Notes: generated by a model not told the origin, from the sequence alone. A stretch of 63,202 nucleotides of DNA, filler included, from Perkinsus chesapeaki ATCC PRA-425 (GCA_013115145.1; 13 parts of 13 records of this genome joined end to end with filler, not necessarily neighbours in it), one strand, 5' to 3'. Shown: positions 1 through 12,246, numbered from the whole stretch's first letter. A program made the numbers and translations.

Positions 1-363
1 AAACACCTGTGCCGCAGGCAATCTAGCATGTGGCACCGCAGGTGACACTATCGAGCAGCACACCGCTAGGTGGATGGCGCCTCTACGCCCTTAAACGGTT
101 TCGCGCTTGGGGGAGGGGCCCTATATGCGCGATTTTTTCTCACTTTAGAAGCTCTCACCAAAAATGTATAACTGCGGAGGCGATTTTTGCTTTCCCGGGC
201 TCAAATGTGTCTGAAAATAGCATCAATCGATAGATCTCGACGAGCTGAGTAAAATGATGGAAAAAAGTCATGGGCATTCCCGTCTCGTTTACGAGCTATA
301 ATCGATTTAAGGATATAGCTATATATAATGACCCTGTTGTAAGTTGTGTTGAGATTTCAAGAG

Positions 364-440
364 GGATATTAGTCCAACTGGATAGGGTGCTGGTCTGAAG
401 ACCCGAGGTCCATGGTACAGATCCGGCTGGTGAATTTTTT
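364..440 (+). ncRNA. Degenerate tRNA-like sequence (Phe-like loop CTGAAGA); pseudo-tRNA or SINE head
   Basis: TAGTCCAACTGGATAGG (A-box/D-arm-like), CTGAAGA, GAGGTC, a decayed T arm, then TTTTTT. Stems are poorly paired. Confidence 0.4.
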
Positions 441-780
441 AGTCTATTGAATCTTAATCATAGGGAAAGGCCTTCTAAGTGATAGGGACTCTTCAATAAA
501 GGGATATAGGGTAGATAATAGTGTGTGACAGTACTAGAGCAGTCTGGGATAGTGAAATGCGCAAGTCAGGGGAATTTCGTGGCGCGCAAGAATTTAATGC
601 TACCGGCAGTACCTTAACTTCTGGCATGTATATATTGAGGAGATTGATGTTACCGTTTGATGTAATGAGTGTCTCAGTAGGTATTGCAAGTGTATAGGCT
701 ATAGGAAGGGCATCTATCTACAGTGCTATGATACTCAAGGAAGACAGTCACTTGTAAAGTGTGACAATAATACTAGTGGA

Positions 781-857
781 AGAGTTGGCGTAGCGGTATA
801 GTTCGCGGTTGGTAACCCTGAGGTCGCAAGTTCAAACCTGAGATAGGACTTTTTAAC
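781..857 (+). ncRNA. Degenerate tRNA-like sequence; pseudo-tRNA or SINE head
   Basis: TGGCGTAGCGG (A box), GAGGTCGCAAGTTCAAACC (B box), then an oligo-T terminator. The acceptor stem does not pair. Confidence 0.45.
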
Positions 858-1042
858 TCAATTATATATCTTGTACTCCGACATTGTTATTATCTGTTTT
901 GACCCTTCAAAGAGTACGAGAAAGAGTCAACTGCTCTTGATAGGAGTGTTTCTTATTATGTACTATAGGGACTATCATTCAAGGTTGATAGTACGTCTGA
1001 GAGTACAGCCAGTATTACAATCTCACCATATTCTACCAAGAC

Positions 1043-1091
1043 GAGTTGGCCTGTTGGTATAAGTCTTGGCTGTCATGCTAGAGGTCGCAGG
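1043..1091 (+). ncRNA. Truncated tRNA-like copy related to 781-857
   Basis: Shares GAGTTGGC start and GAGGTCGCA with the 781 copy; loop CTGTCAT; cut by the gap. Confidence 0.35.
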
Positions 1092-1191
1092 NNNNNNNNN
1101 NNNNNNNNNNNNNNNNNNNNNNNNNNNNNNNNNNNTTAATTAATTAANNNNNNNNNNNNNNNNNNNNNNNNNNNNNNNNNNNNNNNNNNNN
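1092..1191. other. Artificial contig-join spacer (first of 12)
   Basis: 100-nt N run containing TTAATTAATTAA. Same linker at 2881-2980, 25411-25510, 27739-27838, 29392-29491, 31764-31863, 43499-43598, 44675-44774, 48586-48685, 52426-52525, 57925-58024, 61634-61733. Plain N gaps without linker at 43230-43325 and 56329-56423. Confidence 0.97.
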
Positions 1192-1195
1192 TGGG

Positions 1196-2032
1196 ATGAA
1201 ACTTACTGGGACTCTGAAAACATGGGTTTTTGGCGAGCTTTCTGGGATACTTCGACAGAGTACGTACGGCCTTGCGTGTGGGACCGACTACGACAACTTA
1301 TGGGTTATCGATCATCCGGTGGTTGCCGGAGCTATACCTGATCTACGAGCTGACGAGTCCGGAAAAGTTCTGCTTATGTCAGGGCTAGCAGCAGGATGCG
1401 AAGGCCCACGATCACGATCAGTACCTTTAGCACACATCGTCTTATCTTGGCTACACCAGGGTCTGGTCCCCGCAAGATATGTTGTAGTTCAAACCGAAAA
1501 CAGAATACACGACGAAAGACCCACCAATACATGTTTTATAGGCATGTGTTGTAGGGACCATGCCGAAGTCTACCTTCCACTCATGCGACGACTGGGCCTA
1601 AAATGCCCACTCCGAAGTGATGGACCTCGCAATATGCCTACTTCTACCTTCTTTGGGAGAAGCTTGAAGGCCTTCCGTTCTACATTCGTAGAAGACCTAG
1701 GCAGCTATGGGCAGCGGCAGTCAGGCCAGACTCAAGCGGAAGCAGTGCTGTATAGATATATTGTATTGCTCAAAGAACTTCTCTATCATAGTAAACAGCT
1801 GCCAGAAGGCCTTCAAGTGCTTAACACGTGGGGTCTGAGCCGTCTGCAAGGCCTTCAGTCCTATCGTATACCAGAGAGTGGATGGCATATGCTAGAGGTA
1901 TCATGGAAAGAGTGGGAACTGATGAACGAGTCGGTTCGCGTTCGAGGAGAACTCCCGGCATTACACTGGAGCCGTCGCAATCCGCTAGAGCTCAGCAAAT
2001 CGATCATGGACACCAACATTCAACGCCGCTAA
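1196..2032 (+). CDS. Hypothetical intronless protein, probably 5'-truncated; possible degenerate HNH-like segment
   Basis: 278-codon ORF from the contig start. LAHIVLSWLHQGLVPARYVVVQTENRIHDERPTN loosely resembles the HNH_3 pattern. Confidence 0.5.
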   Translation: MKLTGTLKTWVFGELSGILRQSTYGLACGTDYDNLWVIDHPVVAGAIPDLRADESGKVLLMSGLAAGCEGPRSRSVPLAHIVLSWLHQGLVPARYVVVQTENRIHDERPTNTCFIGMCCRDHAEVYLPLMRRLGLKCPLRSDGPRNMPTSTFFGRSLKAFRSTFVEDLGSYGQRQSGQTQAEAVLYRYIVLLKELLYHSKQLPEGLQVLNTWGLSRLQGLQSYRIPESGWHMLEVSWKEWELMNESVRVRGELPALHWSRRNPLELSKSIMDTNIQRR

Positions 2033-2980
2033 GGTAGTATTAGTATTACTGGCTTTAGAGGAAGTTCGCGAATCGCGTTGAAATCCGGAACAAGCGAGCT
2101 GTAACTCATAAATGCGCAGAGCTTTGACCAATTTAGGCCAAATTAGGGTACGATATTCGATAGCGTTTCGATATTGTCATGGTTTTTGTCGTGCGATGTT
2201 AAATACGTGGTTGACTTTACTTTTCGCAGATCGTGGCGTTGTCGTCTTCCCAAAAGCGTATGCCCAAGACCGGTCCTTCGAAGGCCTTCAATCATGCTTT
2301 GGATTAAGTCTATATATGTATGGTATGTTTTAATGCTTAACTTGTTGAGTTTAAACTGTTAAGTGAATCAGAGAACCTCCGACAGATGCTTTTATACGTG
2401 CACACTGTGAGGCTCACACTGTGAACACGTTGGGTTTGCATAGCCCGCAGTTCATAGCTTATCGTTACGATGCGATGGTTAGAGTCTTCCACGCGGATTG
2501 GCTGGGATAGCAAGTAACTCTGCGGTCGATGGTATTTGCGAGCTATCCCCTCGTATGGTTACCGGCCCAAGTTAAGTTTATTGAGCAAGTAAGGTATCTG
2601 TTGTGTAAAGCACTCAAGCTGCAGCAATTTGCTGCTAGAGTGCACAGACACCAGATGCTGCCAGAAAGCAGTACTCATTCCGCGAACCTTCTCCAGCATA
2701 TTCAATATTTGGTGTTTCCCGCTGATGATCTGTGATGAATTTCGTCTTTCAAACTTGATTACGCAACAACAATCCTGTTGACAACATCAAACATCACGTA
2801 AGTTATGTGATAACAGCAACAACAATAACGCAAGAACATGTATCGTGATGGTATTACCATCGAGGGGGGCTGCATACTATNNNNNNNNNNNNNNNNNNNN
2901 NNNNNNNNNNNNNNNNNNNNNNNNTTAATTAATTAANNNNNNNNNNNNNNNNNNNNNNNNNNNNNNNNNNNNNNNNNNNN

Positions 2981-5900
2981 TTTCTACGACGTTCCGCCAT
3001 ACCAACCTAGCGTTCATGTTGGCCTCCAAGTAACGACCAAGCGGATCATAGAGGGCGGCGAGAGCGCTGCTCGCCATCCTCTTAGTGACCGTACCATCAT
3101 GAGGAAGTGGCTTAACTGTGAGTATTGGACGCAAACAGTCACCATCCGTAAGCTCGTAGCCCAATACCGTCGAAGTGGCTGTAAGGTTCCAAGTCTCGTG
3201 AGTTTTTGTCGGTGGGAACGTGAACTTGTGGTAATTGCCACATGCAGAAATGATGTTGCTGCACCGGACCGACTGAAGGTAATGATGGCCGAGGACAGCC
3301 CAATCGTCCACGTAATCCCGCCATATCAGAGACGATGATAACTGCTGTACAATACTCCCATCCCTGCTGAATGCAGCAGCGAGAACCGGCCGGGCATGGT
3401 CATAGTAGGAAGACTCGTAAACGGCCGGTAGGGGGGTCACATTGGTGTGCTGGTCAGCCTCACTGTGCAACGCGGGGCAGAGCGTATGCAGCAAGTTCCT
3501 CGCCTCCAAGTAGACATGGGCGGTGGCGAGCTCCAGAGCTCCTCCACTCGGAGCCATGCCGAAGGCGACTGAGACCCACAATATCATAATTGGTCTTGGT
3601 GATGGGCTCGACGGAAGTGACGGGCGTTGGATGACCGTGCCACAAGTTGCACTTGCTGATGGTGCCATAACCAACTGGTTATACGCTTGTTGTATATCCA
3701 TGAATGTTACTGTCGGGTGGGTACAACATGCTAGTAAATACTCATGTAAGCACCAACGCGTACTTGTGGGTGACGTCAGAAGGTTGTTGGTGGGTCTGCA
3801 GTCGTACACTATCCTGCAAGGAGTAGTCGAGCTTGATTCCTTGTATATATATTGTGCGCCAATGAATGCAGGCAGATTTTCTTGCAGGTAGCGGTTTGAT
3901 ACCAAATAGGAATCCTTCACCATAGCGTTGTTGCAGTACATGTTGTGGATGACGCGAGGTGGTGGGGGGCGACTTGTGTCATGAAGGCTCATGTAGCTAA
4001 CGTAACCACTGGTGAGGAGCTTGGTGATGGCTGCGTCGGCTTGGAGTTTTTCCTTCGTAGACAATTTGGAGCAAGCCTTGGCGGCACGAGCCACCGCAGC
4101 TTTCCATCCAGAGCCGGCGGATCGTCGTAGGCTTGGTAGGGACACATCGAAGTCTATGGCAAAACGACCGTCCTGGAGGGTATCGATATGGATACACTGG
4201 TGTGGTGGGAGCACCCGCTTGGTGGAGGTTCCGAGGAGGGGGAAGGTCTCCTCATGACTAGTGGCTTCAGAAAGATCAATGTGGTTGAGGTTGGCGTCGA
4301 AGTTGAGTGAGTTCCCAAGGTGTCGGTGATGGTGACCAGGAGATAGATCCATCAGTGCCACAGTCATAGTTTCATCGTCCACCAACGCCATAGGGGCACA
4401 TGATGATGAATGCTGGGGAGATTCATGAGCGGGTGAACCCTCCTTCGACGATTTAGTCTCGATATGGGTGATGGCGCCGCCGCTGTTGGCAGCGCTGCAG
4501 CATTGCTGAGGTTCTCCAGGTGCTTGCTTGTTGCCTGTCGAGATCGAGACTGAGCCAGCCTTGATGAAGTCGATTCTCACACCCAAGGCAGAGAGGCCCG
4601 GCGTTCCCAACACGAGAGGGCAAGTTAGATGTTTTACGACGAAGGCTGCTATCGTCGCTGTGCACCGTGAGGTATGAACCAACAGCTTGCAGATACCAAC
4701 AGACTCAATACGGGAACCATCCGCCAATATCGCAATGTTGCCACTGGCGCCTCCTTTGGGGGCTCGGCCTAGGATCTTCTCAATAATGTCATAGCGGACG
4801 AAGTTCCCGGAGGCTCCCGAGTCCCACAACGCCATAACAACACACTTGTCGAAGATGCGAGGGGTGTCATGTCCTCCCTGAGTAACCAGCTGTATAGATA
4901 CTGGGGCTTGAACCTTGACACCGCGTAGACGGCACGAGGGTAAGTCAGTCTTCGCGACAGACGGAGAAACTGTCGCCAGTAGAGTATATATCTCGGCCGT
5001 TGAGCAGCCTGCAGTCGGGAAACCGTCTAGTGACACCTCTGCCGCTTCACTCTGTGTCGAGGGGCCGCTGGTGTTGTTGGAGCTGCTGGGTGGATCAGAG
5101 TCGTCTCTTGATCTGCTCTTGCCTTTGCCCTTGCCTTTGCCATGTCGTCTTCCACTCGTGAGCGGTGGGCTGCGGCAAGCCGCCGCGAAGTGGCCCACTT
5201 GATTGCAACGGGCACATACCTTGCGGTACGCAGGGCAATCCGTCTCGCGGACCTCACCATGGGAGCGAGCACAATAAAAGCAGGCGCTGGCAGGAAGTAT
5301 AGGCTTCTGCAGCTTGCAGGTTCGGACGCCCTTACACGCAGGATCCTTGCATCCTCGTGCACATCCTTGAGAACCATCAGGTAAGGGACCGGGTTGAACG
5401 CCATTGAGGAAGGTCTCATCCAAGTCCATAACCATTAAGGGTGACCCCCCAAGAGGTGCAGGAGCTGTCACCGCGACACTTGCTGGGGAGGGAAGAGCAT
5501 TAGCCCAGCCGAGCTGGAATTGTGCCACGTGACCGACCGGTTTGGCGACTGATGTGTAGCTTTGCCCGGCTTGCCGGTCGTAGTCGATGACCTTCTGGGA
5601 CATCATTGCCACGAAAGCGCCTAGTGGAAGATTGTTGAACTGGAGCATGTCACCTTGTAGCCGCAAGTCACGTAGTCCACAGCGAAGCTTGGCTCGAACC
5701 TCAGTTTCAGACCGAACGGCACCAGCTAAGGAGAGTTCTTCTTGAGCACAATAGACTCGATTGATATACTGTTGGACACTCTCAGATGGATCTTGTCTCA
5801 GCTCATTCCAGGCCTCCAACAGTTTCTCGGATGTCGATTGCCCTGAGTAGACTGTCTCGAGACTGTGCCAGATATTTTGTACGGCAGCACCATAGTCAAG

Positions 5901-7346
5901 CTCGCAATTATAGGGCCAGTCGTTGTTTATCCCGATGGTCCTGTATACATCAGTGCTGATGTTTTCACGCAGATAATGATAGACCACTATGGGCGACATT
6001 CGCCCGCAATTGCGAGAGACTTCGAGTCTAAAGCTTAGTCCACTCCTGGTGTCGTTGATGCCCTTGAACTTGCCATGGTCTGGAGCTCTTAATAACTTTA
6101 CTGTCTTAAGCTCTTTCTGCAGACGGTTATCAGAAATGGGCGACGCACACGGATGTCGACCACAACCGAAGCAGGGGGCAACTTCGTTATAAGGGTTGAA
6201 GCGTGAGGCAAGTTGTGGGCTCTCTTGTTGGATGTAATGGCCATCGGGAAAGTCACCGAAGGAGCCATAAGGTTCAGTTGGGGTATGATAGGGCGGGGAA
6301 CGGGAATGCTCCGGGTAGTGAGGAGCTATTCCGGGAGGCACTCTCGGACCCCCCATGGGCACTGTACCACTATGGATGCGCCCTCCGGTATGGATGGGAT
6401 AGACGGGGATAGAAGCGCCATATCCGCCTCCGCGTACCGGTGGTGCAGTAGGGATAGGGTTGGCGTTGAACTGAACGGAGACAGGAGTATAACTGGACTT
6501 GCCCATGGCAGCCTGTGTTCGGCATCCCGTTGCCACATCCGGTTGACGGGGTGTCGGCGAAGGGCCAGTCTGAGTCCTGTGTGACTCGGCAAGTGCGCCT
6601 GATAAGGCAGTGAGTGCCGCCGTGATTGCATCTAGTTTCTGCTCTATGTTGGTTGTTAAGGCAGGCGCATGGCTGCTCACTTGGTACACTCTAGTACCAG
6701 GCTGTCCGGACCAAGTAGGACAGTCGATGGGGTTATTGTTCTCGTAGGTAACGGCGTTAGCATGAACAGGGAGAGAAGCGTCTACCGTGGGCGCCTTACC
6801 AATGGACTGGACACGGCCGAAGGTGACGTTGTTGTCAAAGGGGATAATCGGGGGGAATCGAGTAGTATCATTAACGGTGTTCTTGTCATCGGGGACGACC
6901 GAAGTGAATCGAGTAGTATCAATAACGGCGTTCTTGTCATCGGGGACGACCGAAGGGAGTCGAGTAGTATCAGCAGCGGCGTTCTTGCCATCGGGGACGA
7001 CCGAAGGGAGTCGAATAATATCAGCAGCGGCGTTCTTGCCATCGGGGATAACCAAGCCAGATCCCGTGGGGTCGATTATGGCATGGGTACTATCTGGAGT
7101 AACATAACCGGACCGTGCGGGCTCGATACTGGGGTCTTGGCTATCAGGCACTTGAGAACTGGACCGTGCAGGATCAATTGTGACGTTGTCGTCACCGGAG
7201 GGGACGAGAGTACTACCCTCGTGGGAGCCTTGTTGAGATTGTCGATAGAATGCGAGACCGGGTATCAGAGATCCGTCTCCTCGAGCAACGCCGGCGCGCG
7301 TGAGCGCCCGACGTGGGGTAGCATCATCTATAGGGGGTGTTGTCAT
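2981..7346 (-). mobile_element. LTR retrotransposon gag-pol, Bel/Pao-type, 3'-truncated by the gap
   Basis: One uninterrupted ORF with three Cys clusters including CARCNQVGHFAAAC, protease ALWDSGASG, RT motifs (RIVYDCRPTN, FMDIQQAY, AFGMAPSG, YVDD), then TKRMASSALAALYDPLG matching the Bel/Pao TKRxxSxxAxxYDPLG signature. Confidence 0.9.
6822..7205 (-). repeat. 51-bp (17-aa) tandem repeat in the gag N-terminus
   Basis: LPSVVPDGKNAAADTTR-like units, with more diverged DPARS/EPARS/DPTGS units at the same 17-aa period. Confidence 0.85.
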
Positions 7347-7376
7347 CCCGGTAGAAAATTCCTTGCAGCTAGATGG

Positions 7377-7542
7377 TGAACACTACAAGGACTCAATGCA
7401 GTAGTCGAGTGGATACTTAACTAATAGCAGTGTTATAGTTTCATACAGAGACACTACGAAACGTCTAATCTTGCACACTTAGCGAATCACAATAGGGACA
7501 GCGGTCACGCGCCACGAAATCGCTCCGAGTCACCGTGTCACA
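7377..7542 (-). repeat. Candidate 5' LTR of the Bel/Pao element
   Basis: Minus strand runs TGTGACAC...GTGTTCA and ends 30 nt before the gag ATG. No second LTR is available to confirm. Confidence 0.3.
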
Positions 7543-7863
7543 TACTGATTATGAGTTTAGCATCACGGAGTGAATTAGCGCCGATTGCGGGGTTGACAGA
7601 ACGGCGTAAATGGTGGGATCGATTCTGAATCCCGGAATTGATTAAATGAACATGGGGTACGATTACGCTTCGGCAGAATTGATGAGGCTCCACCGAGGGA
7701 GATGAAACGGTTATTACAAGTCATTCTCCTGTTGGGAACCTCATCGTCTTCATTACCCATATAGATTTAACTTGCTTATCTGCATTACAACTCTTATAGG
7801 GTGTTTCCAACGTTGAATGTTTCTTAACACTCCCAATGGTTTACTGTATAATTAGGTTCATAA

Positions 7864-10800
7864 ATGGGTTGTTGTTCCCTTCATCGACCCTCCTCGGATG
7901 ATTCTGCTTTCAACAGCCACGAGAGCATAACAGTGCATAAGAGATTACGGGAAGCCAATCGTCGACGGAGCGAAGCTGAAGATTTGATCGTTGGCTCTAC
8001 CAGACAGTGCGTTATCTACCTACTGAAGGTCGAAAATGTGTGCATGCGTGCAGTTAGAAGCTATACCGTATTTTTGGTTAAAATAGTTATCGGCAGTCGA
8101 ACGTTGGAGTGGCCCGGTCGACGGTGTAATGATAATGTGGCTTGGTACTCGGCAAGGGGTACTGGACTGATGATGACTGATGTGGTGGATGAAAATGTTA
8201 TAATTGAATTTATTGGGGTAAAGAGAAGCTGCGTGATGGGAAGGAAGGTACTAGGGGGCGTAAATGAAAATGATATTATTGAACATAGTGAGTTCGCTGC
8301 TTTGTATTGCTCCTGAAGGGTACGCCTCTTGAACCCCGACTCACTCACAATTTGAAGCCTCGTGGGGTGGCAATTAACACCGTGTAAAGTATTTCAGTAA
8401 CTTGACGAGGGTGTCTCAAAACGTCGTTGAGTGACTTTAATCACTCATAAATCGCTCAGTACTCCGCCTATTGGAATGAACCTCGGTGAGGAGTAGGTAA
8501 GAACTGCCCCAAATGGCTTCCCACTTCCATTTATTAATATACCTGCAGACTGTAGGTATAATGAGCTTTGTAAAGCGCTAGGTTTACATAGCTCACCGTG
8601 GCGTAATACTGGGACCCAGTGTTCGCGGTTAATACTGTAGGATAGTAGTACCGTACTACTACATCATTTCCCGGTTTACCATTTTATGTTTCCGACTGGC
8701 GGGTATCAAATATCTGGTTCAAGTCATTAAATTATCCGATTCGATCACGAAGAAGATCCGAAACCCCGCACACAAATATCCGTAGCTATTAGATATCAAT
8801 AAATAGGGTATAATAAGATATAATACTTTAAATATAGATATACATTATAAGTAATAAAATATAAGTTAAATCTAATATATATCCTTATTGTAATATATAG
8901 TAATAAGCACTCTTATATCCGACCGATTCGTGCATCTTAAATATAATGATTGCAATTTGATGTTTAAGTACTTCCCCAATTGAACTAGTGATGCGCTGCA
9001 TTAAATTCATACAATTATTGTGGTCAGTGTAATACCTTAAGATTTATTCAAGGGTTCTTGTATTTGTAATGTGATAGCGATAGAAAGATTGTTGGCAGGA
9101 CTTTACTGCGAATGCAATAAGTATTAACACATTATCAATTTAATCCTCACCGAGCTGGAATAATGTGGTATTATATAGTTTCGGGGCTTCCGATAGGTCT
9201 GCGGGAAATGTGGCAATGGCCCTTCTGGAATATGCAATCGATTTCGTATCGAATTCTATCATTGAAATATTAGTTTTGTTTCAGCATCGACAGCGAATCA
9301 TTGCGACACAAACTGTCCCCATTTCGGATCTCCTTCGTAAGTCCACTTCGCGTGAAGGCCCCTCGTTCATGACGGTGCCCTTGGAGCCAGCACATGCGCA
9401 TGCGTGCAAGGAGGAATCGTCCGAGGCATGTAGCGTGACACTACAGCTGTTGAGCTGCAACGAGCTTCGACGGCATTTTCCAAAGACGATTTTTTTCGTC
9501 CGACACGGCGAGTCGACTTGGAACGCAGCGCAAGCTCGAGGAGATTATTCAGCGATGATGAGCAAAGTAGATCATCCACTCTCGGAAAAAGGAAGACAAC
9601 AGGCGGAAAAATTGCGGAAAAATTTAGCGAGTTTGAGCGAAGCGAAGCAGGGTTGGGCAGAAAAATTGAGGAGTCCGGGAGTGTTGTTTTGCAGTCCGCT
9701 GACAAGGGCTGTCCAAACCGCTGCAATTGCATTGAAGGATATCTATCTGGCGGAGGAGCACCATCCGATAGTGCTATTGCCGAGCGCGCGGGAGAAGAAA
9801 AGTGTACTAGGGTTTGATTCGGTGGGGGCGGAAGTTGGGCCGGAGATACTAAAGAAGGTCCATCGAGAGATGAGGAACTTATACGGTCGATCGGGGAGCA
9901 TGCTGGATGCATTCGAGAAGAAATTGCGGTTTGATGTGGAGGTGAGATAGTTGGGAAGGATTTGGTGGAGATTGAAGATCGAATGCATTCTGGCGGAGTA
10001 GTTTCGACGTTACTGTGGGCTGACTTGGATAATCGTGTTGGTTGTAGCTAAGGTGCGTGTACATTCTTTTTAAACTAGTATTCTTATACTAGAATTTACT
10101 GTATTATATAGGGCGGCGAATCACAGTCTTGAATTTGGGCATTAATTTCTCGCGAACCTCGGTTAGCATCGAGGCTCAACTTTCGTTACAATGTCATCGA
10201 CAATATCATCTATAACATATTATCATGTTACATATCTTTTACAGTACGATGTGTGTATATTGTACATATTGTCGTCTTCGTTGTACTCGATATTTTATCA
10301 TATAACATGTGTACTTGCAAAAAATAAAGTAAGCTGAAGAAGTTATATAGTGCTTCTTTATTGTGTGGTATATGCAAGTAATACTTTCATATTCTTTATA
10401 TTTATAATGTATCTCATTTTAGAGAAGGTTTAATGTTAGGGGCGTATTTGGTATGTTAAAATGCAAGATTTTTTGAAAATACAATTTGAATTTACTACCC
10501 AGTTTCATTCACCCAACTAATGCACTCACCGTATGTTAAAACCTATAAATTTAAAATTTCAAGTGAAAACTCTAAAAAATGAATGTATGAGGCCCGTTGA
10601 AAGTTCAACCGTCTTTAGATGACGTGTACTGCACATTTAAAATTTTGCTGTGACGGGCAAATACCGGTTTCAAAACTTTTAGATCCAAAGTAGTTAGTAT
10701 GGCTGCATCTATAAGGTTCTTCCCGTATTGGATACACTGGGGGAATTCTTAAAGTTCTCCGTTAAGTGAGATGGCCTATGGCATCCTAAATACAATTTCA

Positions 10801-12246
10801 ATTTAAAACGAGAACTTGCCAGTTGCGAGTAGCTCGAGCTGCTCCACTACCCTCATGAAAATTGTTCCCCAAACACGGCGCGGAATCTTAGTGCTATACA
10901 CGGTAACCGTGTATAGCACTAAGATTCCACTAAGTGTCACGGTTCAATAGTGAGTGAAAGAGCCCAACTGCGTCAACCTACCCCTCCCTCGAACCTAGAG
11001 TGAGGGAGACTTTCGACTGTAGATTTTTTTCCACTAATTTCAGGAAGTTGCCAAGCGTTGGTGGTCGAGGGTGGTTGATACGGAAGAAGATATCCATTCA
11101 AGACTGGAGGAGTTTATGTCGCAGTTGATAAGCGTACCGGAAGACGCTTTGGTGGTGGTTGGGCATTCACATTTCTTCCGCGATGTGTTTGCCAAATATA
11201 TGTCACAAGAGTAAGGGGACAATTATGATCTCACTTGGCGGAAAAATCGGGACTCCCTTTTTACTGGAAACACGCAGTCGCTTAGACATATCAGAGTATA
11301 TCATATAGAGTTTCAAATTCTAGTTTTATGTTGATTCCATCAGATACAAAAGCGAGCAGCCGGGCTGGACTTATGAATTGACCAGGAAAGTGCTACCAAA
11401 CTGTGGTGTGGCTATGGTCACTTTGAATTTGGTTGAGGGAGTTATAAATGAGCCACATATTACACAGGTAAGCGGGGAAATCTGTATGAGGAAAATTTAC
11501 GGAAAATATAGTAAGGGTAATTATTGATACTATTAAGGGTTTTTGGCGAAGAATTACCCTCGAACTCGAAAGTGCGAGGAAAGATTTCCCTGGAAAATTT
11601 GCTAATAAATAATTTCCCCGCCAGTTGATGGGTTGTATTGTGGTTTGTAACTTGCTGACTCGGTTGCAGTGGCTTATTTTTTTGAAGTGGAAATATTTGG
11701 AAATTTAGGGAAGAAGCTGTGACCGAAATTCAAGTGTAATGACGGCTAATAAATCATTTATCGGTGTGATAACTATATAGAATATTACTTCTGTTATATT
11801 ATACCGAGGCAAACACTCACAATGCTTTGCAGGGAAAACCGTACATCTGGATAAATAGATGAGTACCTTATTGCTTTATATATAATTTATAGTGCTCTAC
11901 TGTATGTTATTATACACATCCGAACTACACAAGTAATCATAGTAATAAATTTTTACACAACCCTCCTCAATGACATATAATATCTCCTTTTTTTATTAGT
12001 ATCTCGTCTGCTATTGGGTGTAAGACCTTAAATTTTTGAATGTATTATACGATTGTATTCCACGGAGACTTCTTTGGTCAGGTTGACTTGTTGTTTGGTG
12101 CAAAACTGGTCCTATCCGGTACCACGCTGGACGGCGAAGGCCAACCGCAAAGGAACCGGAGACGGTTTCAGGGGACCTCGAGATTCTGTTGTTGCTTGCG
12201 AGAAAATAATTTAGTTACTACCATGTCTGAGGAAGGCGCATCTTAG
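7864..12246 (+). CDS. Multi-exon histidine phosphatase / phosphoglycerate mutase-family protein
   Basis: FFVRHGESTWN and CSPLTRAVQTA in the exon ending 9941. In-frame exons 11044-11210 (VVVGHSHFFR), 11344-11467 and 12082-12246. The 5' exons (MGCC start at 7864) are less certain. Confidence 0.8.
10882..10928. repeat. Perfect 47-bp palindrome (23-bp arms, 1-nt centre) in an intron
   Basis: GGAATCTTAGTGCTATACACGGT-A-ACCGTGTATAGCACTAAGATTCC. Confidence 0.97.

Noticed and set aside
460-2290. Five AAGGCCTTC words in the first two contigs
   Set aside because: Short word, split across unrelated contigs, with no spacing pattern.
2925-2980. ORF tails or heads with X runs ending in LIN or N
   Set aside because: Artefacts of the N spacer and TTAATTAATTAA linker; the same applies to every ORF crossing a gap.
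3014-7379. Many short ORFs overlapping the retrotransposon, including the 236-aa 6669-7379 ORF
   Set aside because: Shadow frames of a GC-rich, repetitive gag-pol with no independent motifs.
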